A stretch of 50,649 bases of DNA from a virus (Duplodnaviria; Caudoviricetes): positions 1 through 50,649 of the IMG/VR virus record IMGVR_UViG_3300005534_000003. One strand, given 5' to 3'. The notes under the pieces are model-generated. The model saw only the letters and a program-made list of their open reading frames with translations. It was not told where the DNA came from and searched no databases. Within the stretch, counting starts at the first letter, position 1. The number at the start of each line of letters is the position of its first letter. Both the position numbers and the translations under genes were made by a program. This document shows, in pieces, positions 1 to 8,823 of the stretch.

Positions 1-111
1 ATCTGCCGAAGTGCCTTCCAGTAGGCCTTCCCTTTCAGCTTGGAAAGGTCAACCTTGTTCTGCGGATTGGGATTGACCGTCTTCTTCTCCGGCACTGGAT
101 TGGCCGTGGTG
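1..111. repeat. Terminal direct repeat, copy 1 (circular assembly overlap)
   Basis: Bases 1-111 are identical to 50539-50649. The repeat lies inside the scaffold CDS, so it is most likely an assembler overlap. Confidence 0.95.
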
Positions 112-935
112 CGTTTATAACGATCAACGCGAGCCTTCGCGATCTTGTTCGACAGCGTTTCACCCACGTAGTTCAGGAGGGCGTCACCATCCAAGGATTC
201 CATCGTGGAGCGATGAATTTCCTTCAAGTCTCGGGCGACATAGGGAAGCACTTGCTCCACCGTGTATTCCTTCTTCTCGGACAAGCCCGCGTCGATGTAC
301 TGCGCGATGAGGGCGAGGCTGAGGCGCGTCTTCGGGATTTGGTTCGCATTCAATGCAACTTCGCATTCTTTCTCGAATTTCTGCGCCCACTCCTGGGTTT
401 TCCTGTTGGCTTCTGCGACTTTTGCCTCGGCTTCCTGTTGTTCTTTTAAAGCTTTGGCTTCTGCTTCACGTTCCTTGTATTCTTCAAGTTCTCGCTGCTC
501 CGGCGTCATATTCTGAAGGCGAAGTTGGTTGTAGAGAATCTCCGTAGCGAGCTTCGTTGCATCAATCCCCTGGAGTCTGCATTGCTTCTCGAACCCAAGC
601 GGATCAGACTGTAACATTCCTAGAAGCTTTTCTGCCATGTCCACCTTCTGGGCAGCAGTGCGAGCCTTCTCTTCTATTCCGAATACCTTCTGTAAGTCAG
701 CTTTTAACTTGTCCTCATTAGAGGCGTCATATTCAACATCTTTACCATTGACGTTCAGCTTATATATTTTCTTTGCAGAATCGAGAGCAACGCCATTCTC
801 GTCAACCTTAACGATTGGCGAGGCATCAACCTTCGGTGCAGGAGCTGAGGCATCGGCTTTAGACGCGGGGGCGGATACGTTGCTCGCGTCGCTAGATACT
901 GCTGGTGCAGCGGGTGTGGCGTTTGCATTTTCCAT
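1..935 (-). CDS. Capsid scaffolding protein, 5' part (continues across junction to 50487; about 328 aa)
   Basis: Not in the ORF track. ATG at 935 follows a GGGGAG RBS. Ala/Pro-rich N-terminus, KIYKLNVNGKDVEY motif and charged helical body. The same frame reaches TAA at 50487, upstream of the capsid gene. Confidence 0.75.
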   Translation of the reverse strand, partial: MENANATPAAPAVSSDASNVSAPASKADASAPAPKVDASPIVKVDENGVALDSAKKIYKLNVNGKDVEYDASNEDKLKADLQKVFGIEEKARTAAQKVDMAEKLLGMLQSDPLGFEKQCRLQGIDATKLATEILYNQLRLQNMTPEQRELEEYKEREAEAKALKEQQEAEAKVAEANRKTQEWAQKFEKECEVALNANQIPKTRLSLALIAQYIDAGLSEKKEYTVEQVLPYVARDLKEIHRSTMESLDGDALLNYVGETLSNKIAKARVDRYKRTTANPVPEKKTVNPNPQNKVDLSKLKGKAYWKALRQ

Positions 936-946
936 TTGGTCTCCCC

Positions 947-1213
947 TTAATATACGTCACCAAGAATTGTCTTGGCGCGTTCGGCGACGTTGGTTATGTC
1001 CTTCGTTAACGTGTCCATTTTTGCTTTATGAGCTGCTATCGTCGCCATCATATCGGCGATGTCCGCGTCCCTGTTCTTTCGCGTCAAAACGGCCTCTGAT
1101 GCCTGTACGGCCCAGAGACCCACTATGGCTATTGCAGTCATAGGCGACCGAAGATAAATGGCGACGGCCAATAAAGCTATCGTTAGCAAATACAGTGGTA
1201 TATTCTGTTTCAT
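947..1213 (-). CDS. Small membrane protein with two TM helices and a coiled-coil tail
   Basis: Two hydrophobic segments then a heptad-like helix; GGGGAG RBS. Confidence 0.65.
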   Translation of the reverse strand: MKQNIPLYLLTIALLAVAIYLRSPMTAIAIVGLWAVQASEAVLTRKNRDADIADMMATIAAHKAKMDTLTKDITNVAERAKTILGDVY

Positions 1214-1228
1214 TGTTCTCTCCCCGAT

Positions 1229-1492
1229 CTATAGATAAACGTTGTGAAAATAATCTTCCGCCTTTTGCTCAATCTCATTGAACGCCCATCCATCCATGAG
1301 GTCATCTGCGGCCCCAATGGCATGCCCAAGCGTGGTGGCTATACCGTTCCGTCTTTCCACAACTGTATCATTATGGAGAAGAAGAATCTCTGCCGAGAAC
1401 AAATTATCTCCGTGTGGTTTTATCCTAAACGCAAGAGAGACTACCGCCTCTGCTTGCGGAACAGCCTCTTCCCCGACTTTTGTTTTAGACAT
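1229..1492 (-). CDS. Hypothetical protein (87 aa)
   Basis: Start reassigned to MSKTKVGEE after an AAGGAG RBS, which avoids overlap with the upstream gene. Confidence 0.65.
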   Translation of the reverse strand: MSKTKVGEEAVPQAEAVVSLAFRIKPHGDNLFSAEILLLHNDTVVERRNGIATTLGHAIGAADDLMDGWAFNEIEQKAEDYFHNVYL

Positions 1493-1517
1493 TGATTTCT
1501 CCTTTTTTACAGTAGTC

Positions 1518-2039
1518 TTAGATAAATGTAACAACAACTTTTGCACCTGCACCTGGATTGGCTGTCCAAATAATCTTGAGAGAACCGTTCGTGTCATTCG
1601 TGAATCCAATCATAGCTACATTATTTGCGCCTGGCACTGATTGAGTAACGGCATAGATCGTGCTAGTCGTCAGAAGTCCGGCAATGGTCAACTCTTCATT
1701 GGCTGCACCGCCCACACTTGCGCTAGACAGGACATTAGAAAGAGTGGCTTGCTTTAATGCAGTATTGCCATTTAACTTATTGATTGCCTGCAAAATAGTG
1801 TCGGTAGCTGCAACTGTTCCAGCCCCTGAAATGTACCCTGTCAAAAGTTTCCCAGTAACAGTTGCCGATGAAATAGTAGCTGCTGCTGAGCCTGGACCGG
1901 TGGCGGTCACATCTCCGGTCAATGCAGTGATAGCATTCAGAGGAGCCTCTGGAATTTGAACGAGCCCGCTTTCAAAAACGTATTGCAATCCTAAATCTGA
2001 ATCAAACACAACTGCATATGGCTTTGGTCCTGATCCCAT
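1518..2039 (-). CDS. Virion appendage / fibre-like protein
   Basis: LTGDVTATG and VAATDTILQAINKLNG fibre-type motifs; Gly/Ala/Thr-rich; AGGAG RBS. Confidence 0.65.
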   Translation of the reverse strand: MGSGPKPYAVVFDSDLGLQYVFESGLVQIPEAPLNAITALTGDVTATGPGSAAATISSATVTGKLLTGYISGAGTVAATDTILQAINKLNGNTALKQATLSNVLSSASVGGAANEELTIAGLLTTSTIYAVTQSVPGANNVAMIGFTNDTNGSLKIIWTANPGAGAKVVVTFI

Positions 2040-2050
2040 TTAAATTCTCC

Positions 2051-2542
2051 TTATGACTGGGTTATTGTAACAGTAACGATGATACTAACTGCGGATGTTT
2101 TATTGAATGGTCCAATGGGAGCAATACGATTAAACATCGTAGATGTTCCATTAGTATTGCCATTAAACAATCCAAGCTCATTCCATGAAAAGTTCGCCAC
2201 GCCAGTCCCGAACGTCGAAACGATGGTGACGACCTCGGCGGTTCGAGAGGTGCCCGCGTCGGCAGTTTGAATCAAAACGGAGCCAGAGACAGAGGGGTTC
2301 AGCTTGGTCTGCCCGACGGCTGCAGCTGTGGAGTCGGTTCCGACGCCCACGTTGCCGACCGCTGCAGGGGGACCGCTTAGAGCGAAAAGTCGGTCCAATA
2401 ATAAATCTTTGCCAACTGTCACTATCAAATTATCGCCTTCGATGACCTTCAGAAGCTTGTCTCGTGTATCATTCTCATAAATCTCTAGCTTCCAGTGGCC
2501 CTTGAGACCGCAGCTTTTGTCGTGCAACTTAAGTTCGCTCAT
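2051..2542 (-). CDS. Structural protein resembling tail-collar / fibre-attachment domains
   Basis: NLIVTVGK...VGVGTDST...ANFSWNELGLF...MFNR pattern. Confidence 0.6.
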   Translation of the reverse strand: MSELKLHDKSCGLKGHWKLEIYENDTRDKLLKVIEGDNLIVTVGKDLLLDRLFALSGPPAAVGNVGVGTDSTAAAVGQTKLNPSVSGSVLIQTADAGTSRTAEVVTIVSTFGTGVANFSWNELGLFNGNTNGTSTMFNRIAPIGPFNKTSAVSIIVTVTITQS

Positions 2543-2703
2543 ATCGTATCCTCGTGCCGTATGGCATATAAGAATGTGCTCGGATCATCTTGGTCGACTA
2601 CAAAACCTTTGTCTGTTATCGCCACCTGGAGGCGGTCCTTCCAGAGGTTGTACTCATCCAAATCCGCTCCGATGATCTTGATGTACGTCAGGCAAGTGGC
2701 CAT
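2539..2703 (-). CDS. Hypothetical small protein
   Basis: ATG at 2703 after an AAGGGG RBS; stop overlaps the next start. Confidence 0.5.
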   Translation of the reverse strand: MATCLTYIKIIGADLDEYNLWKDRLQVAITDKGFVVDQDDPSTFLYAIRHEDTI

Positions 2704-2873
2704 GAGTATGTCCCCTTCTTTTGGATAGTTACCGTTTGGTTTCCAGGGTTCGCCTTCGTTAGCGTATACTCCTTCGAGTAAGTCGTCGCCCACGTTATCA
2801 TGGCGTTATATGTCGCCTGATCCTGAGCGGTAAATACGACTGTTGTAACCCCCGTACACGGCGAGATAGTCAT
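2688..2873 (-). CDS. Hypothetical small protein
   Basis: TAATG-coupled to the upstream gene. Confidence 0.5.
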   Translation of the reverse strand: MTISPCTGVTTVVFTAQDQATYNAMITWATTYSKEYTLTKANPGNQTVTIQKKGTYSWPLA

Positions 2874-3592
2874 TAAATAACAGCGACAATGTCCGTTGCT
2901 CCAGCGTCGACATTTAACACGGCTGGGGTCACACCTGCAACAGCATCATTCGTCCTATGTAGAATTTGCAACGATTGCAACTTTGCCAAGGTATTCACAC
3001 CGGCGGCGAACAGATCAAAGGTAAAATCTCCCGTGTTGTGGTTCACGTTGCCGTTAAGGCCAGAAAACGTAAACATAGTTATATCCGTAAAAAGAGCCGA
3101 GGATGAGTGTGCAATGATTGATACAGTGCTCGTCAGCAAGGTCGTCGTCAGGTTAAACCAGCCGCGATATAGAACAGTCGAAAATGTGATCGTACCGATA
3201 TTTGATCCTATGTCTGAAGTCATCGTTATTGTCGCCGATCCGCCGATAGTGGTTTGTAAAACTGCAAAAGTGCCATCATTCGCTCCATTGGCATTCGCGG
3301 GATTCGTGACGCCTGTACCCGCAGAGTTAGATAACCAAACACGAAGCGTGACTGTTCGGGCATCCGTCGGTGCAGGATTTGAATCTCCGAAATCTCCGGC
3401 GGGAAACTTGAGCGAAGCGGCATCTGTCGGGGCATTGTTCGAGTCCGCTTCCAACAACTTCAGAAGAAACGATGCATTGTCGGTCGGGGTCGCGTTTGAG
3501 TCGGCAGCCACGATGTTCAGCTTGAATGCGTCTGTGAGTCCGCCTCCAACCACGGTCGTGACCTTCTTTATGATCGGAAAAATCTTTGCCAT
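2873..3592 (-). CDS. Virion appendage protein with three DSNxxPTD repeats and a beta-rich C-terminal domain
   Basis: DSNATPTD, DSNNAPTD and DSNPAPTD repeats; lies in the structural operon. Confidence 0.6.
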   Translation of the reverse strand: MAKIFPIIKKVTTVVGGGLTDAFKLNIVAADSNATPTDNASFLLKLLEADSNNAPTDAASLKFPAGDFGDSNPAPTDARTVTLRVWLSNSAGTGVTNPANANGANDGTFAVLQTTIGGSATITMTSDIGSNIGTITFSTVLYRGWFNLTTTLLTSTVSIIAHSSSALFTDITMFTFSGLNGNVNHNTGDFTFDLFAAGVNTLAKLQSLQILHRTNDAVAGVTPAVLNVDAGATDIVAVI

Positions 3593-3593
3593 G

Positions 3594-4736
3594 TTAGTAC
3601 CGGAATCCCCACACTTGTACGGTTGTCCCGCTATTGGCGAACACCTTCACTTTATTTGTTTTAATCGTAATTGGGTTCGGGATACCATCATCGCATCGGA
3701 TGCCGATACTAGCTGTGGGCGTACCGCCGAATGGGTCAAGTCGTGCCTGGCCGCCGTCTGCACGCACCCACAGCAACACTACAGGACCGTTCACAAAGCT
3801 GAAGGTGAGAGCCGCGCCAGCACCCGCCTGATCTGCCAGGACCTCTCCAGAGCCGTATATGTCCTGGTCCAGGGAACTAATCGGGGCATCAACGACGTCC
3901 ATGTGGTAAAGGGCCGTTGTGCTGCCGTCCGTGCCGAACTGCGTGTTTTGAATTGTATACGAGGCTCCGATGTAGCGAGCACTGCTGGAAACGCGGACCT
4001 CATTGATGCCGCCGTTGAAGGGAAAACTTGAGGTCGCCCCCGACTTGCCGATCCAGAAGTGCGTAGTTCCATTATACATTTGAAGCGATGAAACAGCCAA
4101 GCCGCTTCCGATAAGCGTGCCGTCCACATACAGCCGCAGGGTTGACCCGTCATAAGACATTGCAACATCATGGTTCCCAAGCGCGATGGCCGAGGATTGG
4201 ATTGTCTGAATGGTCGCTCCGCCGTCGGTCACGCGTCCATTGATTTTATTGGCCGCGTCTATGAAAATCTGGAAGTTCATCTGGGCATCGTCAGCTGTGC
4301 CTAGGATAACCTGCGTCACTCCCAGCTTTCTCAGGGAGAATTTACACTCCACGGTGAAATTCGTGCTCACGCCAAAGGCTCCGCAGTCAATCCCCTGGTT
4401 CACAGCGGAACTTCCGCGATCTAGGCCGTCAAAAAGCGTTATCGTCGGCCAATTTGTAAATGTACCGGTCTGAAGAGTGGCAAAAGTGCCCCCAACAAAC
4501 ACTCCAGTGTGAAGATTTCCGCTGGAGTCCACGACAACAGGAGCACCATAGAAGGGGTTTGTTACTCGGCCAATTCGTCTGGCTTCGCGATCTGAAATAT
4601 CAACAGTACCACTGATGGGCTGTGTAGCGGGAAAATTCGTTACCTGCGTCTTCTGAGTACCATCAGTCTGTGCGGCTTTTATAGCGTCTAAATTGCCATT
4701 AGTTTCCTGTGCTACATTTGTCGAATCAAGAGGCAT
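3594..4736 (-). CDS. LamG / concanavalin A-like domain virion protein
   Basis: FTVECKF...HDVAMSYDGSTLRLYVDG...WIG...FNGGINEVRVS LamG signature. Confidence 0.8.
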   Translation of the reverse strand: MPLDSTNVAQETNGNLDAIKAAQTDGTQKTQVTNFPATQPISGTVDISDREARRIGRVTNPFYGAPVVVDSSGNLHTGVFVGGTFATLQTGTFTNWPTITLFDGLDRGSSAVNQGIDCGAFGVSTNFTVECKFSLRKLGVTQVILGTADDAQMNFQIFIDAANKINGRVTDGGATIQTIQSSAIALGNHDVAMSYDGSTLRLYVDGTLIGSGLAVSSLQMYNGTTHFWIGKSGATSSFPFNGGINEVRVSSSARYIGASYTIQNTQFGTDGSTTALYHMDVVDAPISSLDQDIYGSGEVLADQAGAGAALTFSFVNGPVVLLWVRADGGQARLDPFGGTPTASIGIRCDDGIPNPITIKTNKVKVFANSGTTVQVWGFRY

Positions 4737-4748
4737 TGATTTAGTCCA

Positions 4749-4898
4749 TTAATGGTACACGATGTAAAATATGTCAGCTTGTGAAGTTATCCCATATATT
4801 GTGTTAGATGAGCTTAAGGTCGAAAGCCATGTTGTCACTTCCACTGGATTATTCATATCCGCCACTACTATAACCTTTAAATTAAAGTAGCTCGCCAT
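4749..4898 (-). CDS. Small hypothetical protein (49 aa, MASYFNLKV...)
   Basis: Read by hand; TAATG-coupled and fills the gap between structural genes. Confidence 0.5.
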   Translation of the reverse strand: MASYFNLKVIVVADMNNPVEVTTWLSTLSSSNTIYGITSQADIFYIVYH

Positions 4899-5347
4899 TA
4901 TGTCAATTCTGTAATACTAATCGTTTGTGCCGGACCAAAATAGTCAATCTCACCTTGCCAAATTGTTTCAGTAAGGCTGCTGTTATTGGTCGGAATAACA
5001 TACGTGTAACTGGTAGCAGATGCCGTTACGCCAAATTTTACGTAAGTGGAATTATTACCCGAAGGAAACCAAATTATAACCTTCTTACGATTGGCATTTG
5101 CGGCAACTAGCTGAATATTCGTGTTGGCAGAAGCCGTAACACGAGTTAAAGTAGAAGTACTAGAAAGTGCAGATGATACCTGAAGAGGATGTGCTGATGT
5201 ACCTAGGATATTAGTACCGTCGGTTACTTCAACAGTCCATGATCCGGCGGGAGCAGCGGCTGTTCCTTGATTAGCCGTTACTGTACCGCTAATTGGTACG
5301 TTTGTGCTTCCGCCTTCAACTGTTACATCACTTGTAAATAGGCCCAT
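4898..5347 (-). CDS. Virion appendage protein, paralogue of 5357-6064
   Basis: Shares PxSGTVTANQGT and the C-terminal xxxNAxRK...VKFGxTAS...GxID...xTELT domain. Confidence 0.7.
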   Translation of the reverse strand: MGLFTSDVTVEGGSTNVPISGTVTANQGTAAAPAGSWTVEVTDGTNILGTSAHPLQVSSALSSTSTLTRVTASANTNIQLVAANANRKKVIIWFPSGNNSTYVKFGVTASATSYTYVIPTNNSSLTETIWQGEIDYFGPAQTISITELT

Positions 5348-5356
5348 GTTGTTCTC

Positions 5357-6064
5357 CTAAGTTAGTTCTGTCATTCTGGCTGCGCCAACAGCAACGGTCC
5401 ATATACCATCTATCTGCCCAGTATAGACAGGCGATGGAAACTCATAGTATGAGTTGGCAGACATCTTAACGGTGAAACTTGTTGAACTCGCAGTAGTGCC
5501 AAATTTCACAAACAACACACTGTTCGAGTCATTGTAAATCGTGGCCATCTTACGGCTTGCGTTTGAAGCTAAAAGAGTAACACTAGAGGTTGACGCAGAT
5601 GTATTGGTCAATACCGAACTGCTTACTGTAGACGGGGAGACTGTTCCCGATACAACCCAAGGGGATGTACCTTGATTAGCTGTTACTGTTCCGCTTACCG
5701 GTTGCGTGGCCGGAAAGTTCCCCACATTGACGGAGTCCGTCGTGTTGAGAAGCGTCCACGTGCGTCCTGTCGTCCATGCGCCAGATTGAGTGACCGCTAT
5801 TGTACCGGTGATAGATACTGGCGTGGCTCGTAATTGGGCATCTGTCAAAGGACCGGTGACTGCCACCGATGCAGGAAAATTATTTACTGAAACAAGCCAA
5901 GGGCTTGTGCCGCCCAATCCTTGATCTACTTTTCCAATGTCAACACTACCAGAGGCCAGGACGACCTTTAAATTTTCGTCCATATCCACGCGAAGTGGAT
6001 GTGTTTTGTCGAAAATATCTAGTGCTGTATTATATGTATCTGTTTGTGACGGTGTTTGTGGCAT
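5357..6064 (-). CDS. Virion appendage protein with NFPA repeats
   Basis: VNNFPAS and VGNFPATQPVSGTV repeats; Ser/Thr-rich beta domain. Confidence 0.7.
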   Translation of the reverse strand: MPQTPSQTDTYNTALDIFDKTHPLRVDMDENLKVVLASGSVDIGKVDQGLGGTSPWLVSVNNFPASVAVTGPLTDAQLRATPVSITGTIAVTQSGAWTTGRTWTLLNTTDSVNVGNFPATQPVSGTVTANQGTSPWVVSGTVSPSTVSSSVLTNTSASTSSVTLLASNASRKMATIYNDSNSVLFVKFGTTASSTSFTVKMSANSYYEFPSPVYTGQIDGIWTVAVGAARMTELT

Positions 6065-6190
6065 TTAACGCCTTTAAAGCCCTCACGACAGCCTTACCAA
6101 TACGTTCTGCTTGTATGTCTCCAACGCCTTCCTTTGCCAACTCACGCTTGATGACGCCTATGACGATGATGTCTTGCGCTTCCATCTTAC

Positions 6191-6553
6191 TTACCAGACC
6201 TGCGATCCGCCAGTGCCATACAACACGCCCTGCAACGCCAATGTACCCGCTGAAGGAGCGGCGGAGGATACTTGTAGAAAAGCATAGTCGATAGAACCAA
6301 GCTCAAACAAGGCATGGTCCGTGGTGCCACCGGTAAATGTGACGGTTTTAGCGGTGGAGAATCCAACAAAATTAACGCCGTCATTGCTGACTTGAAGCGT
6401 GACTACTCCCGTGGAACCCCCAATGGAAAAAGTGGAATTCAGCTGAAGGGAGGCACGATCTATCCCTTTCATGTCATACACAAAAGAGCCTGTACCGGCG
6501 GTGGCGGCTATGATCGTCTGCTTGTCTACAAATGGAACAGTCTGCATATTCAT
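6191..6553 (-). CDS. Small beta-sandwich virion protein
   Basis: GVVTLQVSNDGVNF motif; immediately downstream of the portal. Confidence 0.6.
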   Translation of the reverse strand: MNMQTVPFVDKQTIIAATAGTGSFVYDMKGIDRASLQLNSTFSIGGSTGVVTLQVSNDGVNFVGFSTAKTVTFTGGTTDHALFELGSIDYAFLQVSSAAPSAGTLALQGVLYGTGGSQVW

Positions 6554-6568
6554 TTCTTGTCTCCTCGG

Positions 6569-8665
6569 TTATTTTTTGGGCGGCGCAGCATTTCCCATCT
6601 GCGCGGCGGCAGCCGTGGTCAGCGGGGGTGTGGCTCTCGGCAAAATCGGTGCTCTTGGCGGCTTTATGTTTCCGGCTGCCTGGGCTAGTGGAGGTGTGGC
6701 ATTTGTCACTGGCGCGGCTCCGGCTGGCATAGGATTTGCTACCGGCCCTGGCGTTGGCTGTTCCGGCGCGGGTGCGCCTTGGGGTGCACCTTGCACATTG
6801 TTGCCCATCAAAGCCATGAGACGAGGGTCGGTAATATCGGCGATGCCAGGAAACAAGAAGCTCGCGTGAGACATAATATGCTGCATGGTGGCGGCAAACA
6901 CAGGATCGTTCTGCTTCTGCCGTAGCATGGGGTCCATCATAATGACGAAGTGCTGTGGAATGTGGTTCGCGTGGTTGTCCCACGGGGCGGCGATCTGCGG
7001 TATGCCACGCCGAAGCTGCTCGTTCTCTTTGATAATGAGCATGTTCTCGGCCTCGGGCCCTTCGGTCATGGGATCGAGCTGGCCGGTGGTGAGCACCTCG
7101 AAGTATTGGTTCGCGTCCTTTATGAGCCCCTTCGCCATGAGGTCCTGTGCGATCTGAAGCTTTCCCGCCTCTGATCTTGTGGCCGGATTGCCCGCAGATA
7201 CAATAACACGAGAAATATTTGAAAGATCGGCACCTGAGAATTCCCCCATGTACGGCTGTTTGCTCGCGCCCGCTATCGTAATCATGCGCTTCGTGCTGGC
7301 AAAGGACTTGAGCATGTTGAACAGACCGGTAGCCGACCGTTCCAAAAACGATATGTAGGCTTGTTGGATTGGGCTGTTGAATACGAGAGCCTGCGCCTGC
7401 AGAAACGCCATCGCCGTACCGGACTCCACGCCCGTCGGTGCCTGCCCACGAAGAATGGATGGCAAACCGGACAGCTTCTCCATCTGGTTCTCCAGCAACT
7501 CAAGGAACTTGAACACCTCAGCTGGCGTTTTGCATAACTCCAGCCCCACGGGCACGCCGTTCTTCATGTTCGTCTTTATGAAATTCAAGCCCTCGATCAC
7601 CTGTTCAGGTTTGGTCTGCGTAGACTCATCAATCACAATGTTGGTGATGGCAAAGGCTTGCTGATTGGTCACGATGACGCTTAGCGTCTTGTCGTAGGCA
7701 TACTGTAATTTAACCAATGAGGTCATCACAGTGCTGCCAAAATTGTTGAAGAGGGTCTGGTCCGGCATCATCGGGTAGAGCGGAATCTCGTCGTACGGGA
7801 GCGCAGTGTCGAGTATCCACGTCTCCGCGTCGATGTACTGAGTGAGCCGTCCTTCTGGACAGGATGCTGTCTTCCGGTGAACGAACGTGTAGACGGGAAT
7901 CAAATCTGAATTGGATGTCTGAGCATCTACAATGTGACCAAATCGAAACCGCTGGAGAGTGGTGGGCATACTATAGCCCTTCAACTCGTCCGTCAAGTCG
8001 GGCCGCTGCGCTATCAAGTCCCACTTATTGAGATATTCACGGACAATGTACCAGTCGTTGTTCGTGTCCATCCGCGTGTAGTCGCGAATTACGTCCATCG
8101 GGCCTAACACGGCGAACTCCACGTCCCCTTCCTTAATCGGCACCTGCTTTCCCGTGGGATCAGTCGTCACATCCACAATCTCGCCGATGTCGGCGTTCCA
8201 CTTCTCGAATAACCACCCTTCGCCCGTGACAAGGCCATACGTGAGGCCCATCTTGTACGAGTCTTCAAGCCTCTTGGCTTTTAAATAGTAGTTTGAAACG
8301 GAATCAAAGATGATGTCCTGGGACATACTCTTGTGGTCATCATTGATGGCTTCGGGCTGAAAACTTGGCCGTTGATTTGCGATTGTGCTAACCAAACCTG
8401 TGACGATAGATCGGTAGATATTTGATTCGATGAGTTTGTATTGTCCACGATCTCCTCCAAAGCGGATGCCAATTTTCATCTCCGAGCGCATCCACATTTC
8501 CCAGTTGGTGCGCCACGTGGTCAGCTTGCCGGTTCTCAGGGCATAGTCCTGGTAATCGTTTACGCGACGCTCACATTCTGATAGAAGGTCCTCTACCGGT
8601 AGCGTTGCGAAATACTGGTCCGGCTCTCCGCCGAAGGTCTTCGAGTTCATTGAGCCGCTGGCCAT
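6569..8665 (-). CDS. Portal protein
   Basis: 698 aa directly after TerL. QMEKLSGLPSILRG...SGTAM motif, WDNHANH C-terminal motif and Pro-rich tail typical of podovirus portals. Confidence 0.85.
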   Translation of the reverse strand: MASGSMNSKTFGGEPDQYFATLPVEDLLSECERRVNDYQDYALRTGKLTTWRTNWEMWMRSEMKIGIRFGGDRGQYKLIESNIYRSIVTGLVSTIANQRPSFQPEAINDDHKSMSQDIIFDSVSNYYLKAKRLEDSYKMGLTYGLVTGEGWLFEKWNADIGEIVDVTTDPTGKQVPIKEGDVEFAVLGPMDVIRDYTRMDTNNDWYIVREYLNKWDLIAQRPDLTDELKGYSMPTTLQRFRFGHIVDAQTSNSDLIPVYTFVHRKTASCPEGRLTQYIDAETWILDTALPYDEIPLYPMMPDQTLFNNFGSTVMTSLVKLQYAYDKTLSVIVTNQQAFAITNIVIDESTQTKPEQVIEGLNFIKTNMKNGVPVGLELCKTPAEVFKFLELLENQMEKLSGLPSILRGQAPTGVESGTAMAFLQAQALVFNSPIQQAYISFLERSATGLFNMLKSFASTKRMITIAGASKQPYMGEFSGADLSNISRVIVSAGNPATRSEAGKLQIAQDLMAKGLIKDANQYFEVLTTGQLDPMTEGPEAENMLIIKENEQLRRGIPQIAAPWDNHANHIPQHFVIMMDPMLRQKQNDPVFAATMQHIMSHASFLFPGIADITDPRLMALMGNNVQGAPQGAPAPEQPTPGPVANPMPAGAAPVTNATPPLAQAAGNIKPPRAPILPRATPPLTTAAAAQMGNAAPPKK

Positions 8666-8823
8666 TATTTATCTCCGTTTTCGCGTTGCTGAAATTCAAT
8701 CACTATCCGACTAAAAATACGCCTAATACAATCCTTACATGAGCCAATGTGATGGAGAAAAGCGGCAAAATCTTCGGCGTCAGTATCTCCATGCTTTATC
8801 TTCTCGCAATATTGGCTAGTCAT
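8665..8823 (-). CDS. 52-aa zinc-finger microprotein with ZAS-like C-x18-H-x3-C-x2-C motif
   Basis: Hand translation MTSQYCEKIKHGDTDAEDFAAFLHHIGSCKDCIRRIFSRIVIEFQQRENGDK. Overlaps the TerL stop and is TAATG-coupled to the portal. Confidence 0.65.
   Translation of the reverse strand: MTSQYCEKIKHGDTDAEDFAAFLHHIGSCKDCIRRIFSRIVIEFQQRENGDK

Noticed and set aside
1-111. Physical terminal repeat of the virion DNA
   Set aside because: The repeat interrupts the scaffold CDS and joins in frame; typical of circular assembly overlap.
2889-4031. 380-aa plus-strand ORF and similar long antisense ORFs (637-1143, 35994-36656, 37557-38231)
   Set aside because: Antisense shadows of well-supported minus-strand structural genes; no motifs or RBS.
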